Position numbers and translations under genes: made by a program. Source: a virus (Duplodnaviria; Caudoviricetes). Taken from it: a stretch of DNA of 64,000 bases. The notes beneath the pieces were generated by a model, which had not been told where the DNA came from, searched no databases, and worked only from the letters and a program-made list of their open reading frames with translations. Below are positions 58,337 to 64,000 of the stretch, piece after piece (the first letter of the stretch is position 1; each line of letters begins with the position of its first letter). Location of the stretch: positions 1,261 to 65,260 of the IMG/VR virus record IMGVR_UViG_2545824562_000002, one strand, 5' to 3'.

Positions 58337-58535
58337 AAACTGATCAGGACCATCCAGGAAGACCCCTCCCAGGGTGATCTGGTGGTCTGGCACCGAAGAG
58401 CGGTTCGGTCAGGTGTTCCGGCAGGACCGGCCCAACTACCGAGTGTTGGCTTGGTCAGCGGACCAGCGCGCCAAGCAGACGGATTTCGATTTCGACTACC
58501 TGGCTGAAGACATCGACTGCTTCTGCGGGGACTGA
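58337..58535 (+). pseudogene. 3' relic of a phage PAPS-reductase/Nin-like gene
   Basis: KLIRTIQEDPS/RVIWWSGTEERFGQVFRQDRPNY...DIDCFCGD* with a 1-nt shift and no start. Confidence 0.5.
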
Positions 58536-58967
58536 TCACTTGAAAGCAGAGATCAGCCCGGCTATCGAGCCAATCACCCCAACCACTATTGCAAACCAGT
58601 AATTGACTGGCTCACGGCGCTGCCTCTGCTCCTCTCTGATTGCATCACGGATGACCCTAAGCCCTTTGTCAGTCAGATACTTGGGCTGCTTGGGATCATC
58701 ATCCCAATCGACGGTACCGTACATTTCCTTATCTTCCTGATCCGGCATAGGCACGTTCAAATTGATCGCTTTGTTCCGGAAATAGTCTGTCTGGATGAGC
58801 TTCTTCCATTCATAGAGCTGATCCTCTCGCCGAATGTAGTCTGCGAACTCTCCGCTATCAAAATCAGAAGACAAGTTCGGCGGATAGATCTTCTCGAGTT
58901 CTCTCTCTGCCTTCGCCTGCGCCCGGAGCGCACGCCTGTATTTCAAATAGTTCTGCAAGAACCGCAT
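58536..58967 (-). CDS. Antisense moron with C-terminal TM
   Basis: MRFLQNYL...YLTDKGL...WFAIVVGVIGSIAGLISAFK. Confidence 0.7.
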   Translation of the reverse strand: MRFLQNYLKYRRALRAQAKAERELEKIYPPNLSSDFDSGEFADYIRREDQLYEWKKLIQTDYFRNKAINLNVPMPDQEDKEMYGTVDWDDDPKQPKYLTDKGLRVIRDAIREEQRQRREPVNYWFAIVVGVIGSIAGLISAFK

Positions 58968-59017
58968 TCCATTGATCCCCTTCCCCAGAGCGCAAACTAT
59001 AGCCGCGAGGTATCCCC

Positions 59018-59917
59018 ATGCCCACAGAAAACCGATCCAGCAACACCGAGATGGTAAGCGTGCAAGCAACCATCGAATCGCTTGAAGAGGCTTATGCAGG
59101 CGATAGCGCGCTTGGCTTCATGAGCGATGCTGCCAATTTCCTGCGACAGCTCAAGGCCATTTCCACCCCGCAGCCCCACCCCGAGCCTATAGCCTGGATG
59201 GTTGGTACTGCCATCTGGTGGACCAAAGAAGAGGCAGAGAGGGATGCGGCGACAACTGGCAAGACCATCACACCGTTCGGGCCTATGTTCGATACCGTCG
59301 AGGTTGATCGGCTGAAGCAGGAGCTGCTGGCTGCTCGCGCCCAGGGTCGTACCGAGGTGGTTGAAATGATCATCGCGCTAGAGGCCGAGACTGGTCTGGA
59401 TGACTTCATCGGGAGCCATCAAATCGGGTGCACAGGCGAATGGGGTAGCCATTGGAAAGAGGACGAGCTGCGACAGCACTTCGATGTTGATCCGACGGCG
59501 GCCAGTGAACTGGAGCTGTGCCGCCACAGTGGCTACGAAATCATCCTGCTCGAGGAAGAGCGCGACAGCTTGCGGGCCCAGCTGGCCGAGCGGGATGCGC
59601 TGCTGACTGACATCGAGAAGCGCCACTGGTCGGGCGTCGATTTCGATTTGCCTGCCGATCTCGTTACCCGGATCAAAGCCATATCCCTCAGCGCAGAGCC
59701 GGAGGCGCCAGGCAAACAAGGTGCACCCCTTAAAGCAGTGCGGGCGAATGATATCCAAGACCTGCTGGATCGAGCGGCCACCGCCATTGGCCACTACGGC
59801 GATTCATTGCTTGGTCGCGGCCAACGAGAAGATAGCGTCGACCTCCTTGATCTTGAGCGCGAGGTCCGAGACCTGGAGCAAGAGTTCAGAGGCGCCTTCG
59901 CTCTGCCCGGGGCGTAA
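59018..59917 (+). CDS. Phage mosaic hypothetical protein
   Basis: MPTENRSSNTEMVSV start with GAGGT RBS; coiled coils. Confidence 0.75.
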   Translation: MPTENRSSNTEMVSVQATIESLEEAYAGDSALGFMSDAANFLRQLKAISTPQPHPEPIAWMVGTAIWWTKEEAERDAATTGKTITPFGPMFDTVEVDRLKQELLAARAQGRTEVVEMIIALEAETGLDDFIGSHQIGCTGEWGSHWKEDELRQHFDVDPTAASELELCRHSGYEIILLEEERDSLRAQLAERDALLTDIEKRHWSGVDFDLPADLVTRIKAISLSAEPEAPGKQGAPLKAVRANDIQDLLDRAATAIGHYGDSLLGRGQREDSVDLLDLEREVRDLEQEFRGAFALPGA

Positions 59918-59994
59918 AGAGAACATCCGTACTCCCAAGCTGTAAACCCTCTCCCCTCTATTCACTGCCGCGATATGGCGGCCAAGGAGCATCC

Positions 59995-60381
59995 GTGCGC
60001 CTGAAGAAAGCTGAGCGCGAGCAGGTCCGCATGAAGTACGGCGGCCGCTGCGCGTACTGCGGCAACGACCTGGGCGATCGCTGGCACGCCGACCACTTCT
60101 CCCCTGTGATTCGACTGCCTGATGACCGGATGGCCGAGCAGATGCAGAACCACAACCTGGCCAACATGATGCCCGCCTGCGTGCCCTGCAACCTGAGCAA
60201 GTCTCGCATGCAGCTGGAGGACTGGCGCAGCTGGCTGGCCGGCCACGTAAACAGCCTCAACCAGTACCACCCCATCTACCGCCTGGCCAAGGCCTACGGC
60301 TTGATCGCCGAGACCGGGGTTGAGGTCGTCTTCCACTTTGAAAAGGTGCAGCACGATGGCATCCAAAACCTATCCGCTTGA
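59995..60381 (+). CDS. HNH endonuclease
   Basis: KYGGRCAYCG, WHADH, NMMPACVPCNLSK. Confidence 0.88.
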   Translation: MRLKKAEREQVRMKYGGRCAYCGNDLGDRWHADHFSPVIRLPDDRMAEQMQNHNLANMMPACVPCNLSKSRMQLEDWRSWLAGHVNSLNQYHPIYRLAKAYGLIAETGVEVVFHFEKVQHDGIQNLSA

Positions 60382-60649
60382 TGTACGTAGCGTCGGCGAA
60401 GACACCTACATCTGCATGAGCAAGGGTCACCACAACCTGGAAGAGTTCATGAAGGCTGCCGTTGCGGATCACCCTGGCTGGTGCTTGGGTGGTCCTGAGC
60501 ATGTCTGGATCAAGACAACCCCGGGCCACGGCACCTACGACTGCATGTACAACATCGTGCCGCAGGGTACCCGTGGTGCATGGCCGGCGACCTACTGCTG
60601 GGAGTTCGGCGAGGACTACAAGCGCTACAACGCCGAGGTGCATTCATGA
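60356..60649 (+). CDS. Phage hypothetical protein
   Basis: MASKTYPL..MSKGHH. Confidence 0.65.
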   Translation: MASKTYPLDVRSVGEDTYICMSKGHHNLEEFMKAAVADHPGWCLGGPEHVWIKTTPGHGTYDCMYNIVPQGTRGAWPATYCWEFGEDYKRYNAEVHS

Positions 60650-60906
60650 TCGGCGCCAACGATCCAGTCCGTAAAGCAACGGGCGGCCTTTTCGACTTGG
60701 ACGAGATCATCGCAGTTGCCTTCCTGTTCTGCCTGCTGGTCTTCGTCACCGGCGCTGGAGCTGACCCCGAGCCGCAAACGAAATGCGCGCCAGTGATCAA
60801 CCCGCAAGCCGGCAACCAGCGCCAGCTCTCCCCGCACGAAACCCAACCCGAACCTACACCCGCTCTGGCGCCTGGGCGCTGGATTGATGAGAGGTATCAG
60901 CTGTGA
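60646..60906 (+). CDS. Phage small membrane protein
   Basis: ATGA-coupled, one TM. Confidence 0.55.
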   Translation: MIGANDPVRKATGGLFDLDEIIAVAFLFCLLVFVTGAGADPEPQTKCAPVINPQAGNQRQLSPHETQPEPTPALAPGRWIDERYQL

Positions 60907-61115
60907 GCGAATGGATTAAATACAGCGACAAACAGCCCGCTGACGAACTTGATGGATTTGCGGTGATCGTGGCGATCAATCATCACAGCATGGGGCGGAT
61001 CTCGGATTGCGCTGTTTGGAATAAGCGCGCCGGGAAGAAGGGCCGTTTCGAATTCTGGGATAGCCAGGTTACTCACTGGCAGCCTCTCCCATCACCGCCG
61101 GGTGAGCAGCCATGA
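60903..61115 (+). CDS. DUF551-like protein
   Basis: MSEWIKYSDKQP...VTHWQPLPSPP. Confidence 0.85.
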   Translation: MSEWIKYSDKQPADELDGFAVIVAINHHSMGRISDCAVWNKRAGKKGRFEFWDSQVTHWQPLPSPPGEQP

Positions 61116-61504
61116 CTGACCTAATAGAAGTGAAGACAGCTGACCTAGTCGGCGAACAGTTGGCCTGGGCCGTCGGCAAAGCGGAAGGCCTGGACGTACT
61201 GCTCGCACCACCAATTTACGGCAACCCATGGCGGGTGTTCGTGCGCTACACCGGCGAGGTCACCATCCGCGATGTGCGCTATGACCCCCACGAGAACTGG
61301 GCTCTGGCCGGCGGCCTGATACGCAAGCACAACATTAGCCTCCACGCCCCTCAGCACGGCTCGGACTGTTGGGCAGCGTGGAGAACGATCGATGATAAGG
61401 ACGTGCTCATGGGCGGGACCACTGAAACCATAGCGGCCTGCGGGGTGGTAGTTGCGTTGATGCTCGGCGATACCGTCCAGGTTCCCAAGGAGCTATGCCA
61501 ATGA
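61112..61504 (+). CDS. DUF2591/NinX-like protein
   Basis: LAWAVGKAEG, YDPHENWALAGGLI, GDTVQVPKEL. Confidence 0.8.
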   Translation: MTDLIEVKTADLVGEQLAWAVGKAEGLDVLLAPPIYGNPWRVFVRYTGEVTIRDVRYDPHENWALAGGLIRKHNISLHAPQHGSDCWAAWRTIDDKDVLMGGTTETIAACGVVVALMLGDTVQVPKELCQ

Positions 61505-61550
61505 TCCTGCCCCTGATGTACATGGCCTACTTGGTATGGAAGGCGCCGCG

Positions 61551-61766
61551 ATGAACGACGATCGCCATGTCGCTGCGGTAATCACTCCGGCACATCGAAA
61601 GTTCGGATACTGGAGCGTGATCGTCAAAACCGATGCTGAACCACCGACCATTGTGGTGCTCAGCTACCGAACCGAAAAGGCTGCTCTGGAGGTGACCTGC
61701 GGGTACGCGATTCCGCCTCCAGTTGATCACGGCATCGTTGCTGCAGATCTGAACATTCCTGCTTAA
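61551..61766 (+). CDS. Phage hypothetical protein
   Basis: Coupled ORF MNDDRHV. Confidence 0.5.
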   Translation: MNDDRHVAAVITPAHRKFGYWSVIVKTDAEPPTIVVLSYRTEKAALEVTCGYAIPPPVDHGIVAADLNIPA

Positions 61767-61782
61767 CCCCTCCCCCTACAAC

Positions 61783-61968
61783 TCAAGCCCGCCGGCGTGA
61801 CGACCAGAAGTGCGTCGCGGCAAGCAGAACACCCGGTATGGCCATGCCAAGGCCGCTGTAGATGAATGCAGGCTGTTCTGTCATCAGCCCACTGAAAGCG
61901 AACCCGATACCGGTTGGTATCAGGGTGACTGCTGCATAGCCCCACGGCTTTCTAGTTTCCTTGGCCAT
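61783..61968 (-). CDS. Small antisense 2-TM moron
   Basis: GAGGAGG RBS, two hydrophobic helices. Confidence 0.6.
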   Translation of the reverse strand: MAKETRKPWGYAAVTLIPTGIGFAFSGLMTEQPAFIYSGLGMAIPGVLLAATHFWSSRRRA

Positions 61969-62036
61969 ATCGTTCCTCCTCTTGAACCCCGATTAAACCA
62001 CATGAGCCCGCCGACAGGCGCAGGCGAGGATTCCCT

Positions 62037-62534
62037 ATGTCCGCAACAGAACGATTCCACCACACCGCGAACGACTGCCTGGAGCGTATCGCGGCTGACC
62101 TCTGGCCAGGCGCCAAGCTGGCTTTGGTCATCTACACCCAAGACAAGCCCGAGCTCGACATCGTGCTCAAAGACAGCGGCCTGAACGTTGACGAGGTCGT
62201 GAGCACCCTGCGGCGGCGCGGCGGCCTGGGCCTTGATGGCGAGAACGTCTACAAGCGCCTGCTCTGTGACGTAATCATCGGCTCACTGACCATGGGCAAG
62301 CAGAACAGCAACCCTCCGCCGGAAGGTCACTGGGGCCAAGAGTTCTGGGATATCGGCCGCGCCGAAGGCGCTCTACAGGAAGAACTGGTGCAGGCGCTGC
62401 GCCTGATGCGCAAAGCGCTGGACGCCTGCCAGCGCGTTATCCACTACGCCGGTGGCTTCGACTCTGCCTACGTCAACGACGCCCAAGCCGCTATCAAGGT
62501 GGCTGACGCGGTGCTCGAAAAGATTCCGGCCTGA
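62037..62534 (+). CDS. Phage hypothetical protein
   Basis: GAGGA RBS, 165 aa. Confidence 0.7.
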   Translation: MSATERFHHTANDCLERIAADLWPGAKLALVIYTQDKPELDIVLKDSGLNVDEVVSTLRRRGGLGLDGENVYKRLLCDVIIGSLTMGKQNSNPPPEGHWGQEFWDIGRAEGALQEELVQALRLMRKALDACQRVIHYAGGFDSAYVNDAQAAIKVADAVLEKIPA

Positions 62535-62570
62535 CCACCAACCTGCCGCCACCGGCGGCGCGGAGACCCT

Positions 62571-62945
62571 ATGCACTCAAAAAGGAAAAAGCCGGGCGAC
62601 GAAAATGCCGGGCAAGAACAAGCCGTTGCCCAGGAAATGGACAAGGTGACGGAAGAGAAGATGGCCGAACTGCTGGGTATTACGCTGCGCGCGCTTCAAA
62701 CCAGGCGCCAGCGCGGGAAGATCCCTGAGGGCGTCTGGAATAGACACGGCCGCAACATCATGTACAGCAGATGGAGATATGAGGAATGGCTCGAAAGCCT
62801 GTGGGTCTGCCCCTTGGAATTGAAATCCGAGGAGACTCGCTCCGAATCCGTTTCACTTGGAACGGTGAGCGTCGCGGGGAAACCGTCGCACATCCCCCGA
62901 CAGCGCAGGGGATCAAAGCTGCCAGCCGTTTACGTGATCAAGTAG
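62571..62945 (+). CDS. xis: Putative excisionase (winged HTH)
   Basis: EEKMAELLGITLRALQTRRQRGKIPEGVW, overlapping the integrase start. Confidence 0.7.
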   Translation: MHSKRKKPGDENAGQEQAVAQEMDKVTEEKMAELLGITLRALQTRRQRGKIPEGVWNRHGRNIMYSRWRYEEWLESLWVCPLELKSEETRSESVSLGTVSVAGKPSHIPRQRRGSKLPAVYVIK

Positions 62946-64000
62946 TCAACCTCATTCGGCACAACTTGCTTGATGACGAGAAGTACGCCGAGCTCTTCCC
63001 GGGCTCGGAGGCGGCGCGGCAAGCTGCTGACGCTATTCCCAGCCTGGGTGCCTACACACAGATGTGGCTGGATAGTCGAGACATTGTTCAGGGCACCCGG
63101 GACAACTACAAGAGCGTCTTCAACATCTATTGGATGCCCTACCTCGGCTTACGCCGGATCGACATGATCACGCCGACCATGCTTCGTGGAGTTATCTCGC
63201 AGATTCAATGGACGTCGGTCGGGGTCAAGCGCAATGCAATCATCAAGCTGGCGAGCGTGTTCAAAACAGCGGTTTTCGACGGTTTGATCACCAAGAACCC
63301 CACCGCATCACTGGACAAACCTAGGGTTGTCAAAAAAGTTGTGGACCCTTACACCAGGTCGGAGGCAGAGACGATTATCTCGCACCTCTACGCGACTCTT
63401 CAGAAATACTGCCAGATCTACGCTGCGTTCTTCGAGTTTTGCTTCTTCACCGGGGTCCGGCCTGGCGAAGCCATGGGCCTGAAGTGGGAGGATGTCGACC
63501 TGGATCAGCGATCAGCAACGATTCGCCGGATCATCGTCAATCGGGCGCCTGAGGAGCGCACGAAGACCAAGTATCACCGGGTGGTGTTGCTCAACGAGCG
63601 CGCGCTGAACGCCATCAATCAGGCCCAGCGGATGGCGACACTTCGACGCATGGCATCCAAATCGGCCCACCCAGTAAGCCCTTTTGTGTTCCAACCGAGC
63701 AAAGGTGGGCTGTGGATCAACGAGCCAAGTGTTACAATCCGCCACTTCAAATCAGCGCTCAAGGCGCTGAACATCCGTGAACGCCGTCAGTACGACACCC
63801 GCCACACCTACGCAACCATGTGCCTAATGTCTGGGATGAACCCTGCGTTCATAGCGAACCAGCTTGGCCACAGCGTTGAGATGTTGCTTTCTACCTACGC
63901 GAAATGGATCAGCTCCTCCTCGGACTGGAGGGAGCTGGAGAAGCTGCCGCCCCGAGTCGAATTGGCCCAAAATTGGCCCAAAACTGACACGAAGGCCTAA
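62786..64000 (+). CDS. int: Prophage tyrosine integrase with N-terminal arm-binding domain
   Basis: GIEIRGDSLRIRF, TGVRPGE, TKT, YDTRHTYAT, QLGHS, TYAKW. Confidence 0.96.
   Translation: MARKPVGLPLGIEIRGDSLRIRFTWNGERRGETVAHPPTAQGIKAASRLRDQVVNLIRHNLLDDEKYAELFPGSEAARQAADAIPSLGAYTQMWLDSRDIVQGTRDNYKSVFNIYWMPYLGLRRIDMITPTMLRGVISQIQWTSVGVKRNAIIKLASVFKTAVFDGLITKNPTASLDKPRVVKKVVDPYTRSEAETIISHLYATLQKYCQIYAAFFEFCFFTGVRPGEAMGLKWEDVDLDQRSATIRRIIVNRAPEERTKTKYHRVVLLNERALNAINQAQRMATLRRMASKSAHPVSPFVFQPSKGGLWINEPSVTIRHFKSALKALNIRERRQYDTRHTYATMCLMSGMNPAFIANQLGHSVEMLLSTYAKWISSSSDWRELEKLPPRVELAQNWPKTDTKA
63961..63982 (+). repeat. Putative integrase arm-type sites (right), inside the int 3' end
   Basis: ATTGGCCCAAA-ATTGGCCCAAA. 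Confidence 0.7.

Larger units (their letters stand above)
4365..64000. mobile_element. Prophage, lambdoid/HK97-like siphovirus, about 60 kb; attR expected just beyond the window end
   Basis: Full set of integrase, xis, cI/cro, replication, terminase, portal, Clp protease, capsid, tail and lysis genes; matching tandem repeats at both ends. Confidence 0.93.

Overview
Almost the whole window (about 4365 to just past 64000) is one apparently complete lambdoid/HK97-type siphoprophage of a Pseudomonas host (putida-like, inferred from gene content). It is integrated into the first codons of an ABC-F ATPase gene (MISTANITM). Head, tail, lysis, replication and nin modules run on the minus strand. cI, the early-left genes and xis/int run on the plus strand. 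Left of attL lie small host/accessory genes and the relic of an older element (integrase C-terminus). The prophage carries a LexA-boxed umuDC/SRAP module, three putative receptor-binding or depolymerase proteins and many AT-rich morons. The standout finding is a two-gene RiPP cassette at 6484-7813: a 58-aa double-glycine-type precursor ending FDA-WIS-WTK-SF and an XyeB-like cyclophane-forming radical SAM/SPASM enzyme. It has no transporter or protease, is flanked by duplicated phage genes, and sits downstream of the SOS operon. Its core resembles the BamA-targeting xenorceptide/darobactin peptides. A second notable event is an HNH nuclease (type IV restriction-like) that appears to have replaced the phage's own C5 DNA methyltransferase. 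All family assignments come from motif recognition by eye; no database searches were run.
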